DNA of 64,000 nt from IMG/VR virus record IMGVR_UViG_3300031867_000009, positions 71,307 to 135,306 of that record; one strand, written 5' to 3'. This DNA comes from a virus (taxonomy: Duplodnaviria > Caudoviricetes). Positions within the stretch are counted from its first letter, which is position 1; the number at the start of each line of letters is the position of its first letter. The translations under genes and the position numbers were made by a program. Under the pieces are notes generated by a model. The model was not told the DNA's origin and did no database searches. It saw nothing but the letters and a program-made list of their open reading frames with translations. This document shows, piece by piece, positions 10,767 to 20,583 of this stretch.

Positions 10767-11288
10767 ATGTCAACAACAACGAATGTATCAACTTTAAAAA
10801 TAAATTATTTAACGCAATCGCAATATGATACTGCATTAAATAATAATCAAATTAATGAAAATGAAATATATTTAACTCCTACCGAGGATATGACTATGCA
10901 GGAGGTAGACGATTTTGTAAGTGAATTAGAGGTTGGTGGTAGTGGAACTGCAGTTGATTTAGTAGTAGATCAAGGCATTTCTGGGATGTGGACTTATAGA
11001 AAGTGGAGTAGTGGAATCGTCGAATGTTGGGGTATGACTGCGGCGAAAAGCCACGCTATGACACAACAATCCGGGTATGGTTATTGGGTAGCAGAAGACT
11101 ATTCGCTGCCTAGCGGATTATTTACAAGTATAAGTAATGTCCAAGCAAATCGTTCCGCAGGACAAGGATTAGTATTTATTTCTGTATATAGCGCTACCGT
11201 ATCAAGTATACAATGTTATGTTAGTTGTACCACAAGCATAACACAAACTTTCAGTATACATTTTGATGTTAAAGGTCGATGGAAATAG
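10767..11288 (+). CDS. Tail fibre tip/receptor-binding-like protein
   Basis: WTYRKWSSGIVECWG...LPSGLF...VKGRWK, typical of siphophage fibre C-terminal domains. Confidence 0.7.
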   Translation: MSTTTNVSTLKINYLTQSQYDTALNNNQINENEIYLTPTEDMTMQEVDDFVSELEVGGSGTAVDLVVDQGISGMWTYRKWSSGIVECWGMTAAKSHAMTQQSGYGYWVAEDYSLPSGLFTSISNVQANRSAGQGLVFISVYSATVSSIQCYVSCTTSITQTFSIHFDVKGRWK

Positions 11289-11298
11289 GAGGATATAT

Positions 11299-11739
11299 AT
11301 GAGTAGTAATACAATTACAAGAAATGATTTAAAAAATATATTAAATGAAGCTTTACCTTCAACAGAAGTGGATTATATTCTTGAGCAAGGCACGGTTCAA
11401 ACTACTAATAGTACTCTTTCTGCACCAATTAATTGGACTTATCGCAAATGGAATAGTGGAATAGCAGAGTGCTGGGGCACAGCGAATGTAGCTTCTCGAA
11501 CTTATACAGCAAATGGTGGTTCTTATGGTTTTACTTTTCCTTATCCATCAAATCTTTTTATAGATAGTCCATCGTGTTTAGAAGTATCTGGAGGTATAAA
11601 TGGCGTTGTTCAAACGCAAATGGGTTATACCGCAAATAATAATAAAGATTCTGGTCAAACATATTTGGTAAATCGAACTGCTTCAGCAGTAACTAATAGT
11701 GGTTGGGGTTTTATACATGCTATGGGCAGGTGGAAATAA
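11299..11739 (+). CDS. Tail fibre tip-like protein, paralog of the preceding gene
   Basis: WTYRKWNSGIAECWG...YPSNLF...AMGRWK; AGGAGG RBS before ATG 11299. Confidence 0.7.
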   Translation: MSSNTITRNDLKNILNEALPSTEVDYILEQGTVQTTNSTLSAPINWTYRKWNSGIAECWGTANVASRTYTANGGSYGFTFPYPSNLFIDSPSCLEVSGGINGVVQTQMGYTANNNKDSGQTYLVNRTASAVTNSGWGFIHAMGRWK

Positions 11740-11752
11740 ATATAAATAAATC

Positions 11753-11777
11753 AAAGACTACATCGTAGTCTTTTTTT
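11753..11777 (+). terminator. Intrinsic terminator
   Basis: AAAGACTAC-ATC-GTAGTCTTT followed by a T-tract. Confidence 0.8.
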
Positions 11778-11860
11778 ATTGTCTAAAATCTATACTCAAC
11801 CTCCCAAAAACCCACTTATAAATGGAAATATCTATATCTATCTTAAAGGAGGTAACACAA

Positions 11861-12178
11861 ATGACATTAGAATTTTGGAAAGCTGCAGCAATCCGTGCAA
11901 TCAAAACTTTCGCTCAAGCTATGGTAGCTCAAATCGGAGCTGGCTCTGTAGGCATCGTAGCCTTTGATTGGGTTGGCGCACTCTCTGTATCAGCTATGGC
12001 TGCAATTCTTTCTCTCTTCACATCACTCGCTGGTCTGCCAGAGGTCGCACTCATGCAAACTATTGACTCATATGATAACGACCCAGACGAAGACGATGTA
12101 GAAGAATATGAAGAAGATGAGTTTGACGAAACCGAGGAAGTAGAGGAAACGGAAGAAAACGCAGAAAAGGAGGCATAA
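11861..12178 (+). CDS. Holin (r1t-like) with acidic C-terminal tail
   Basis: FWKAAAIRAIKTFAQ...W....S.SAMAAILSLFTSLAGLPEV; hydrophobic segments; directly precedes the lysins. Confidence 0.85.
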   Translation: MTLEFWKAAAIRAIKTFAQAMVAQIGAGSVGIVAFDWVGALSVSAMAAILSLFTSLAGLPEVALMQTIDSYDNDPDEDDVEEYEEDEFDETEEVEETEENAEKEA

Positions 12179-12179
12179 T

Positions 12180-12749
12180 ATGGCACTTCTTACAAAAGAA
12201 CAAAGAATCGTGCGTTTTAAATACCTTGGATATAAGTATAATAAAGAAGGTATTAAGGCACTTCAAAAAAAGTATATGCGTAAGAAAGACGTAGACGGTG
12301 TATATGGAGAAGATACTGATAAAGTTCTTCGCCATGTATATAACGTCAAAAAATATACCAAGAATTTCTCACCAGAGGAGTTCAAATGTGAATGCGGCGG
12401 TAGATACTGTACAGGCTATCCTTCCTATATGAAGAAAGTCCAGTTACAAAATCTACAAGCTATTCGCGATCACTATAAAAAGCCAATGACCATTACATGC
12501 GGACTTCGTTGTAAACCATATAACAATAAATTACGTGGTTCAATTCAGAACTCAAGACACCTCAATGGTCATGCAACTGACTTTTACATGCCAGGAGTCA
12601 CCGATAGTCTTGCCAATAGAAAGAAATCTATCAAGTGGATTAGAACACTTCCAAACCACGGCTATACCTATGGTAATGGATATAATTCCTATGGCGCAAG
12701 AATATCTGCTGGCTATATGGGCAATGCTTTACACACAGATACAAAGTGA
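12180..12749 (+). CDS. Endolysin, peptidase M15A-type
   Basis: NFSPEEFKCECG, ITCGLRC..YN, SRHLNGHATD and LHTD zinc-peptidase motifs. Confidence 0.85.
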   Translation: MALLTKEQRIVRFKYLGYKYNKEGIKALQKKYMRKKDVDGVYGEDTDKVLRHVYNVKKYTKNFSPEEFKCECGGRYCTGYPSYMKKVQLQNLQAIRDHYKKPMTITCGLRCKPYNNKLRGSIQNSRHLNGHATDFYMPGVTDSLANRKKSIKWIRTLPNHGYTYGNGYNSYGARISAGYMGNALHTDTK

Positions 12750-12759
12750 GGTATAAACT

Positions 12760-13644
12760 ATGGGATTATTAGATAATATAGTGCGAGCCATTAATGGTGC
12801 GCAAGTTGCTAGTGCGGCATACCACCCTACCTCACCATATACAGGTAAGCTCCCTTCTAAAACTGTTAAAAAGGGAAGCTCTGGCGCGAGTGTAAAGGCG
12901 GTACAGCGTTTTTTAAACTGGTGCATTAAGGCTGGTTTAAAGGTTGATGGCAGTTGCGGCAAGAAAACGGTATCTGCAATTAAGAAGTACCAAAAGCAAT
13001 ATAAGCTAAAGGTTGATGGTGTATTCGGCGGCGAGTCAAAAAGAAAGGCTGTAAAGATTATTAATAAATATAAAGCTAAACCTGCTTCAACTCCGGCTGC
13101 AAAACCTGCTCCGGCGCCAGCTGCGAATCCAAAGGTTACAGACTACTTAACCAAAGCTGAACTTGACAAATGGTTTGCGGCACTTAAAAAGCAATACAAA
13201 AATGCAAAGAAATCGAAATATGTATGGGTTGAAGGCCCTACTTATAAGAATAGTAAAAAGAAATCAACTTGCATTGCAGAACATTCAGTAGCTTTACAGT
13301 TACTTGGTCTGCTTCCAAAAGGTGGTTATTTCTACTATCACCCAACAAAAAAGAAAATCAGTGGTAATCGCGCGAAGTATGTAAAGAAACATACAGAGCT
13401 GTTCAAAATAATGTATCCGAATAAGAAGCTTACTACTCTTATTAAACAAGGTTTATTACAACCTGGTGACATTGTTGGTTTTGGTAATCCAGGCTATCAC
13501 TCAATGGTATATCTTGGTTTAAATAGCAAGGGCAAGCCAATATTTGCTACTCTTGGACATACAAAGGGATACGCAATTACTTATCCTTCCTATGCAAAAC
13601 GTAAGGTTAATATGATTGTAAGACTCAAAAAGGTTTCAAAATAG
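12760..13644 (+). CDS. Cell-wall hydrolase with peptidoglycan-binding domain
   Basis: KKGSSGASVKAVQRFL...LKVDG..G..T..AIKKYQ...LKVDGVFG binding domain, Pro/Ala linker, then a Cys...LQPGDIV...HS NlpC/P60-like C-terminus. Confidence 0.75.
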   Translation: MGLLDNIVRAINGAQVASAAYHPTSPYTGKLPSKTVKKGSSGASVKAVQRFLNWCIKAGLKVDGSCGKKTVSAIKKYQKQYKLKVDGVFGGESKRKAVKIINKYKAKPASTPAAKPAPAPAANPKVTDYLTKAELDKWFAALKKQYKNAKKSKYVWVEGPTYKNSKKKSTCIAEHSVALQLLGLLPKGGYFYYHPTKKKISGNRAKYVKKHTELFKIMYPNKKLTTLIKQGLLQPGDIVGFGNPGYHSMVYLGLNSKGKPIFATLGHTKGYAITYPSYAKRKVNMIVRLKKVSK

Positions 13645-13651
13645 AGTAATT

Positions 13652-13683
13652 AAAAACGACTACTTATATGTAGTCGTTTTTTA
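13652..13683. terminator. Bidirectional intrinsic terminator
   Basis: AAAAACGACTAC-TTATAT-GTAGTCGTTTTTT between convergent gene blocks. Confidence 0.85.
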
Positions 13684-13776
13684 TTGGAAAAAAGTAGGTA
13701 GATATTCTAATGCAATTAATACAATTATTAATACACATATAAAAATTGGAATTTCATTATCATCCATTGGTTCCTC

Positions 13777-13980
13777 CTAGTTAAACTCGTCAAGTTCTAC
13801 TTGTTCTTTTTGGTTCATATCTTCTGTCATCATAACTGCCATTATGCGGTCCGGCATAGGTTCGTCCATATTAGCAGTAAAGTTGCGTAAAGCTTTTTGA
13901 ATTATGAAGTATTCACTTACTTCCAGTTGTAATTCAACACCTTTAACTTTATCTTCTCTTGTATATACGTTTACTTTCAT
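13777..13980 (-). CDS. Hypothetical protein
   Basis: 67-aa ORF in a tightly packed minus-strand block. Confidence 0.65.
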   Translation of the reverse strand: MKVNVYTREDKVKGVELQLEVSEYFIIQKALRNFTANMDEPMPDRIMAVMMTEDMNQKEQVELDEFN

Positions 13981-14311
13981 TAGTATTTTACCCTATTTTC
14001 TTTAACATTTGACAAATATCTTCTACTTCATATAAATCACAAGATTTGTTAGTTAGTTTACATATATAAGTCCAATAACAATGTTCCCATTCCTCTTCTG
14101 CGAATGGACAATCACCGCGCCAACCCGGCATTTCATCAACTAATAGTTTCATTTCTTTTTATCCCATTGTTTATGTATATTATATCTTGTTATAAAATAA
14201 GGAAAAGGAATTATAAAAGTATAATGTGGTGTCATAAATATAATCGCATCTGCAAAATAAGTTAAACGCCATTTAGGTGATGAATTATATCCTCTATAAT
14301 ACCATTTCATT

Positions 14312-14650
14312 CTAGTCTCCCATTACTTTCATAGCCTGTTCTTTTATTGTAGTGGCATGGCCGCGTTGTATGTCGATATATTCGGGTTTCTTTGCGACTT
14401 CTTCTGGATACATTTTACCAGATAAATATAATTCTAAATATGAAGCTCGTTCATGTATTAAATGAAAAGCTTCAAAATGTTCTTCAAATATCATACTATA
14501 TATGTATCCTAATTTAACACTTAATTTAGGGAACACATGAGGATAATTACGTAGAACATAAGCAACTAAATCAATAAATACTTCTTCACCACTAAAACTT
14601 GAAGGATACATATCAATCATTGTTTTTAATTTCTCACGCGTTAATTTCAT
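14312..14650 (-). CDS. Hypothetical protein
   Basis: 112-aa ORF with GGAGAAG RBS. Confidence 0.7.
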   Translation of the reverse strand: MKLTREKLKTMIDMYPSSFSGEEVFIDLVAYVLRNYPHVFPKLSVKLGYIYSMIFEEHFEAFHLIHERASYLELYLSGKMYPEEVAKKPEYIDIQRGHATTIKEQAMKVMGD

Positions 14651-14801
14651 CTGTCTTCTCCCATTAATCGTTTTTGAATTTCTTTCTTCTGTTTGTCTGT
14701 TAAACTATCGAAGTCTAATTTAAAATCATTACATATTTTACTATCACTAATCCAATAATCTTCACAGTCCCAAGAATAACGATATTCACAATGTTCACAT
14801 C

Positions 14802-15107
14802 TCATTGTTTAATCACCTTCATTTTTGCACCACAGTTAGGACAATAATGTGATAATCCTAAACCATGCCAATATTCACTACCATAAATAAAAGTATCTTC
14901 AGAAGCACCACATTCTGAACAGTAAGCATTATCATCTCGAACTATCCACTCCCCACGCTTCGGCTCGGCTGTTGGTGTATCTTTCATTAGCTTCAAAAGA
15001 TTGTCTGCCATCCACCATCCATTTCTGTCTTTGTGTTCTTTTGCTCTATCTCGCCATACTTCACAATGGTTTATTGCATCATTGCGTTTAATTAAGTCAT
15101 CACTCAT
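14802..15107 (-). CDS. Zn-ribbon phage protein
   Basis: GEW...CSECG...YCPNCGAKM; paralog of the next ORF. Confidence 0.8.
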   Translation of the reverse strand: MSDDLIKRNDAINHCEVWRDRAKEHKDRNGWWMADNLLKLMKDTPTAEPKRGEWIVRDDNAYCSECGASEDTFIYGSEYWHGLGLSHYCPNCGAKMKVIKQ

Positions 15108-15414
15108 CGTCTGCTCCTTTCATCCTTGCTCCGCAGTTAGGGCAGAACGAATAATCTGAAAGAATGATTCCGTCATAGCACGCTTTGCAGTTTGAACATT
15201 CGGCGCCGTATGATATACCGTGCCAGTTAGTTCCACCAAGCACTTTCCATTCCCCTTGCGGTCTGTCTGCGGAGGGTAAGTTTTTAATTTTATCTATCCC
15301 CCTACCTACAGTTTGATTTTGCCAAAAGAAAAGGATACTTGTATTAATATCGTCAGATAACATTGATTTTAATGCATTTATCGCATCGCTCCGTCTGATT
15401 AAATCCTTACTCAT
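15100..15414 (-). CDS. Zn-ribbon phage protein
   Basis: DLIRRSDAI...GEW...CSNC...FCPNCGARM. Confidence 0.8.
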   Translation of the reverse strand: MSKDLIRRSDAINALKSMLSDDINTSILFFWQNQTVGRGIDKIKNLPSADRPQGEWKVLGGTNWHGISYGAECSNCKACYDGIILSDYSFCPNCGARMKGADDE

Positions 15415-15568
15415 CGTCTGCTCCTTTCATTTCTTTCAATTCTTCAGGTGATAGAGGTTTAAATTCCAACGTTTTTTTTGGAACGGATATAAATGAATTA
15501 TCTTCTAACTGAAATAGGTATAGTTCGGTTCCGTTAGAATCGGTGGCTTCAAGACATTGCAGTTTCAT
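15407..15568 (-). CDS. Small hypothetical protein (53 aa, not in the ORF track)
   Basis: MKLQCLEATDSNG...EMKGADDE; AAAGGAG RBS; fills the gap between its neighbours. Confidence 0.65.
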   Translation of the reverse strand: MKLQCLEATDSNGTELYLFQLEDNSFISVPKKTLEFKPLSPEELKEMKGADDE

Positions 15569-16061
15569 CGTCTGCTCCTTTCATATCTATTCTATGATAC
15601 ATATATACAGTCTTACCCGTATATCTTCCCCATTCATCTAACTCACAAAACTTCACAGGTTCGCGGCCCGGCTTCTCCGACCACATACCGTCGCGCAAAA
15701 CTTTAAAGTGAAAATCTACATCTATATTATAATCATCATCACATATACAGAACCCATTAAATGCGATTAGTTCTTTGTCTGACGTAGTTGGCGGCCGGCC
15801 GTCACAGAGTTCAAGTTCTCCATCAAATTCTTGTAGCATACCATCTACAAGTATATCTATATAATAGTTGGTTATTTCATCATTATCATATCCATTCATC
15901 GCCATACATTCTATCCATTCATCGACGTATGAGCCTTCAATGGATTCTAAAAAGGTTTCTGGGTCATACCATTCGCGCAAGCGTAAAGCATAACTACCGC
16001 AGTTGGCGCGAGCGCGATTTTTATTGTAATATTCTGGGTCTGAATTGCGTGTATATTCCAT
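15549..16061 (-). CDS. Putative papain-like fold protein
   Basis: ANCGSYAL...DFHF....GMWSEKPG Cys/His pattern; AGAAAGGAG RBS with upstream promoter. Confidence 0.55.
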   Translation of the reverse strand: MEYTRNSDPEYYNKNRARANCGSYALRLREWYDPETFLESIEGSYVDEWIECMAMNGYDNDEITNYYIDILVDGMLQEFDGELELCDGRPPTTSDKELIAFNGFCICDDDYNIDVDFHFKVLRDGMWSEKPGREPVKFCELDEWGRYTGKTVYMYHRIDMKGADDETAMS

Positions 16062-16252
16062 TAAAATCTCCTTTCTATTCTTAATTTAATTATATAAGAA
16101 TTTTGAGAAAATTTCAATTTTAATTTTGTTTCATACCATCATTCTATGGCGCTGGCGCGAGTGTAAGGGCAAAAAATTAGATTTCTACTAATTATATATA
16201 CGCGCGCGGGCGCGCACGCGATTTTATCAGAAATTTTTTATTAAATCAAATT

Positions 16253-16281
16253 TTGAAAAATCCGCAAAATACTGATATAAT
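16253..16281 (+). promoter_or_regulatory. Sigma-A-type promoter
   Basis: TTGAAA-N17-TATAAT with extended TG; same architecture near 18225, 18453, 22091, 26196, 29460, 30490, 31234, 33205, 35278, 37532, 38474, 39632 and 40552. Confidence 0.8.
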
Positions 16282-16305
16282 TATAATATATGAAAGGAGA
16301 TTTTT

Positions 16306-16527
16306 ATGAAACAAATAGACCGAGTTTTTTTTACCGATATGATAGAACGCATTATAAATGCTTATAAGTGTGGTGAAGATAAATTACCAGGTGATCGTTG
16401 TGAGCATTGTCCGTATGGATATGGATATTTAGATGACCATGGCGACCATACATTTTGGTGGTGTAATGATGATAAAATAGCAGATAATGCAATAAAACTG
16501 TTATATATCTTAAAGGAGAAAATTTAA
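16306..16527 (+). CDS. Hypothetical protein
   Basis: GAAAGGAG RBS just after the promoter; Cys motif CEHCPY. Confidence 0.7.
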   Translation: MKQIDRVFFTDMIERIINAYKCGEDKLPGDRCEHCPYGYGYLDDHGDHTFWWCNDDKIADNAIKLLYILKEKI

Positions 16528-16928
16528 TGGACGACAAAGAAAAGTTTGGACGTTATGACGAAATCGTCAATACAATTTTAAAAAATATACTTGTAGAGCG
16601 CGAACGCTGTGGTAAAATTCTTCTATGGGATTTCAACCCGGTAGACCATGGAGATAGACTCTACTTTAATATCGCTGCAATAGTAGCTGATTTAAATAAA
16701 GAACCAATTTATTTAAATATGCACTTAATTGATTATCTTCTATTCAAATGGAAAAGAAGAAAGTCAAGAAAGAATCTGCGATATTTCGGACCGAATCATG
16801 CGGTTGAATTAGATGATGAACACAAAACAAGTATCTACATTATAATGGATTTCATTCGAGAGCAAATGGGATTTGACTATTCATTATATAAAGATATAAA
16901 TGATGAATACTATGGATGGGTGGAATAG
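16527..16928 (+). CDS. Hypothetical protein
   Basis: 133-aa ORF coupled to its neighbours. Confidence 0.7.
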   Translation: MDDKEKFGRYDEIVNTILKNILVERERCGKILLWDFNPVDHGDRLYFNIAAIVADLNKEPIYLNMHLIDYLLFKWKRRKSRKNLRYFGPNHAVELDDEHKTSIYIIMDFIREQMGFDYSLYKDINDEYYGWVE

Positions 16929-18074
16929 ATGAATTGTATAATAGATGGAATTGATTTTTATAACCTCGAAGCAATGAAATACTTCTCGCCTTCGACTTCG
17001 TGGAGTGAAGATAAGAAAAAGCAAAATGCTATGGATAAAATCTTCAGCGGCGAATGGTGGGGCGCGCAAAAGCGTGATGGCATATTCTGTATGTGTGGAA
17101 AAAACCCAGAGGGTGAAATCTTTCTACGCCCGCGCGCAAAGAATACGAAAGGCGAGTTCGTAAATAAGGTTGATTGGGTTCCACAGATTCATTGGTTTCT
17201 CAATGAGTTAGAGCCAGGAACAGTTCTTCTTGGAGAGGTTTATCTTCCAAGAGATGAACAGGCAAAGACAACCACTTCCATAATGAATTGCTTACTTAAA
17301 AAGTCACTCGCGCGCCAAGCCAAGCCAGAAGATAAATTGCATCTTTATGTATTTGATATTCTTGCAGATGCCGGTGAATCGTATCTGAATATGAAGGCAA
17401 TTGATAGATTCCTTCGTGTGAGCGATTATGAAAAGAAATACAGTGGCTCATTCATAGACTGGGCAGAGTATAAGAATGGAAAAGAATTGTGGGATATGTT
17501 GCAGATTCTTTTAGCAGAAGGTTTTGAGGGGGTAGTAATTACTTATCAAGATGCTCCATACCAGCCAGGTAAAAGGTCGAACAAAGTTTCTCTGAAAATT
17601 AAAAAGGAACTTCAAGATACTGTAGATTGTATCGTCATTGGCGCGAATCCACCGACGAAAGCATATAGCGGAAAAGAAATAGAAACTTGGGAGTATTGGT
17701 TTGATGAAATTAATAATGGCTGTATTCTTGCTTCTGTTTACTTTGAAAGTCAGCATGAATCAATTTATAACAAGTATGTTAGTGGAGAACCAGTATATCC
17801 AGTAACTAAAAACTGGTTCTATGGTTGGGCAGGCTCATGGAAGCTTGGTGCGTATAAAGATGGTAAGCTGATTCAAATTGGAAGCCTCAGTGGTCTCACT
17901 GATGAGCAGAAAGAAAATTGGAAAGACTACGTAGGTAAGATTGTTGAAGTTAGTGCGATGGAGACAAGTGAAAATCAAGAGGGTGGTAAGGGACTTCGTC
18001 ATCCGAAACTAATTGACATTAGAGATGATATTGCTCCTGAAGAATGTACATATGAAAGGATATTTGGCTTATGA
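16929..18074 (+). CDS. lig: ATP-dependent DNA ligase
   Basis: Motifs QKRDG, LLGEVY, YVFDIL, EGVVI and LKIK, plus a C-terminal OB fold ending LRHPKL..IRDD. Confidence 0.9.
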   Translation: MNCIIDGIDFYNLEAMKYFSPSTSWSEDKKKQNAMDKIFSGEWWGAQKRDGIFCMCGKNPEGEIFLRPRAKNTKGEFVNKVDWVPQIHWFLNELEPGTVLLGEVYLPRDEQAKTTTSIMNCLLKKSLARQAKPEDKLHLYVFDILADAGESYLNMKAIDRFLRVSDYEKKYSGSFIDWAEYKNGKELWDMLQILLAEGFEGVVITYQDAPYQPGKRSNKVSLKIKKELQDTVDCIVIGANPPTKAYSGKEIETWEYWFDEINNGCILASVYFESQHESIYNKYVSGEPVYPVTKNWFYGWAGSWKLGAYKDGKLIQIGSLSGLTDEQKENWKDYVGKIVEVSAMETSENQEGGKGLRHPKLIDIRDDIAPEECTYERIFGL

Positions 18075-18452
18075 TATTCTCAGTTATAGTAGCTAGTGTA
18101 TTTGTCTTTGGCGGCCTCGTCTGTTATGCAAGTTGTTGGGCGGCCGGCCGCGCGGATGAACGAAGCGAACGATATTATTATCGCAAGAAATTAGAAAAAG
18201 AAGTGAAAAAGCAGAGTGAAAATTTGAAAAATAAATAAATTTTCTGTATAATATATATAGAAAGTTGAGAGAAAAATGAATATCGACGAACTATACGAAC
18301 AAGCAATGTATCAAGAACATCTTTACTCCATTTGTCAACATCAATGTGATGGTATGAGTAATTGCAAGATGTTCGCGGAGGGTAATGACATAGGTTGTCT
18401 TAAAGCCTATCACTATTATCTCAATTTAATTAAAAATTTACAAACTTAAAAT

Positions 18453-18481
18453 TTGACGAAATTAAAAAATTCTGCTATAAT
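18453..18481 (+). promoter_or_regulatory. Sigma-A promoter driving the GOLLD-like RNA
   Basis: TTGACG-N17-TATAAT with extended TG, followed by about 1.25 kb with no credible ORF. Confidence 0.8.
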
Positions 18482-18584
18482 TATATTACAAAGTGAGATG
18501 AGAATTAATTTTCTGATTTGGGAAATACATTCACAGGGTGGTGGTCTCTTACTTTCTTTCCTTTCTACCACCACCCTTCCTTAC

Positions 18585-19550
18585 AAGCGTGGCATCATGT
18601 AAGTGCCTCCCCGTGGCGATGCTGGAGATATGGGTTTTACTCCGTGGAGACTACCCTTGAGCTAAACTTACAGGCTACCAGGTGAGCAAATGTTCTGAAA
18701 GTCTTATTGGAAAGGATTTGCGGTTAGCTGACCTTAAAGCGACTAGTCAATGGTTGAAGACTTGGATGTGCGGCACCGGCCCCTAAAAGCGGAGATACCA
18801 TATTCTTGGTTTATGAATAGTCAATATAGACCTAAGCTTTGATAAAGCCGTTCAGCTTGCGAAAGGGTTAAGGGTAAGCCGGTTCTAACACACATCGAAG
18901 GTCGTAGGGAGTATGTGTGAGGAGTGTATGCGTCCCTTAAGGAGTGACGTCCAACGCAGTTTTATGGCACCAAGATAGACGCCTTCTCGCGGCGGTGCTG
19001 ATTTCGACTAAGTCTATCCGAATAATAAGAACTCAGTGTAGATGCACGAAACCAGTGTGCTGAGACACAGGCCGAAAGAGTCAGAGCAACGAAGCAAGGA
19101 TACTTGTGGATAGCTGCTGTGCTGTTAGGGCGACCGAAGCAGTGTAGAGCGGTGAGCCGCCAAACTCAAGGTGTGGTGCATTTATTATCGCAATCAAAGG
19201 CAGCATGTGAGTCGGAGGAGTAATAGAAGCGACGATTAAGAGTCGTCGCTGAATCCGAGTTAGGTATAGGTGTGGCAACTTATACACACCTCGGAAATGC
19301 CAACAATCTTCTTTGCCGTGAAGCGGAGAAATCCGTGTATAAGACTTGCGTGTCGCGTGCGAGTAGCCCAGAGGCAAGACTCAGATAGAGTATGACAAAA
19401 GCAAGGATGCAGGAAAATCCTTTTATTGCCGTAAGGTGGGTGGAAGTTAGGGGTAGTCATTCCCCTCTAGGATTTGGCGAGAGCTGGGGCATATTAGGTT
19501 AGGGTCGCTCCCTAGTCTTCGGATATGTCTCCCTAGTGGCTGAATATGGT
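18585..19550 (+). ncRNA. GOLLD-like large structured ncRNA (boundaries approximate)
   Basis: ORF-free, GC-richer, many GNRA hairpins; the 3' part has GAGTAGCCCA, GGTGGGTGGAAG, GGGGTAGTCATTCCCC and GGGTCGCTCCC...GTGGCTGAATA, which I recall as the GOLLD 3' core; lies near phage tRNAs. Confidence 0.65.
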
Positions 19551-19758
19551 TGAAGATAGTATGTGTAGGGTGAAAGCTCCTTATTGTTCGTAAATATCTA
19601 AAGCGAATAGAACCGCATAATAGTTCTATCCAGTGGTGACGGGACCACAGATAATTTCCCGTCATATATGACACCATTGGGGTTGCCTTCTCGTGGCGGT
19701 GTCGTTTAAAACTAAAACCCTTGTTTTTTATTATATAAGAAAAGGAGAGTTATAGGCG

Positions 19759-20049
19759 ATGATAATTTCAAGTGAGATTACAGGAAAAACATACAAGACA
19801 GTAGAAGAGTGCCTTGCAGCAGAGAAGAAATTTGTAGAAGAAAAAGAAGCAAAAGAGAAAGCAGCAAAAGAACTTGAAGCAAAGAAAGATGAGGCTTATA
19901 AGAAGGCTATCGCAGCTTGTGATGAGTATTTGAAGCTGTGCGGCGTTGAAGTTGAATTTGGCGACCACGGTTATACTATGAAATATCATAGTGATGGTAG
20001 TCTGGCTGATGCAATTTTTGAGGATATTCTTAATACAATGCTGAAGTAG
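19759..20049 (+). CDS. Hypothetical coiled-coil protein
   Basis: SEITGKTYKTVEECLAAEK motif; AAAGGAG RBS. Confidence 0.75.
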   Translation: MIISSEITGKTYKTVEECLAAEKKFVEEKEAKEKAAKELEAKKDEAYKKAIAACDEYLKLCGVEVEFGDHGYTMKYHSDGSLADAIFEDILNTMLK

Positions 20050-20239
20050 AAAGGAGTGAGAGAGTGGTTAATATTAAGACGAATAAGCTGTTGGCTTTGG
20101 AAATTAGACTTCATAATTTGAAGAGTAATGGAAGAAATAACGACTCTCCCGGAGTTATAAGAAAGATTGAAAGAGAAATAAGACAGATTAAAGTACACGG
20201 AGAGGTTTGATACCTCTCCTTTTCTTTTGGAGGATATAT

Positions 20240-20524
20240 ATGGGATTTAAATCAAATGGAATAAGGTGGACTTGGAGCGATAAGTCTACAACACCATGTC
20301 CGAATTATCATACTACAACCACTAATACTGATGACTCGGAATTGGAAGAGATAACAAAAAAACTTAAAGAGAGTCAACTTACAATAAACACTGCCCTTCC
20401 AGCTGACCCACCAATACAGTATGGTTGGGTTTGTCCAAAGTGTGGCCGCAGTAATTCACCCTGGACGAGCACTTGTTGGTGTTGGGCATTGGGACCGAAT
20501 GGAGTACCAATTATAAAATGTTAA
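20240..20524 (+). CDS. Hypothetical Zn-ribbon protein
   Basis: GWVCPKCGRSNSPW; GGAGG RBS before ATG 20240. Confidence 0.65.
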   Translation: MGFKSNGIRWTWSDKSTTPCPNYHTTTTNTDDSELEEITKKLKESQLTINTALPADPPIQYGWVCPKCGRSNSPWTSTCWCWALGPNGVPIIKC

Positions 20525-20583
20525 AATTTTCTTTTTTATTATATTTTTGATATAATATAAGAAAGTAAGAAAGGAGATTTGTA

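Noticed and set aside
1079-11739. Diversity-generating retroelement or invertible tail-fibre locus
   Set aside because: No reverse transcriptase, no adenine-specific TR/VR pair, and no invertase or inverted cassettes seen.
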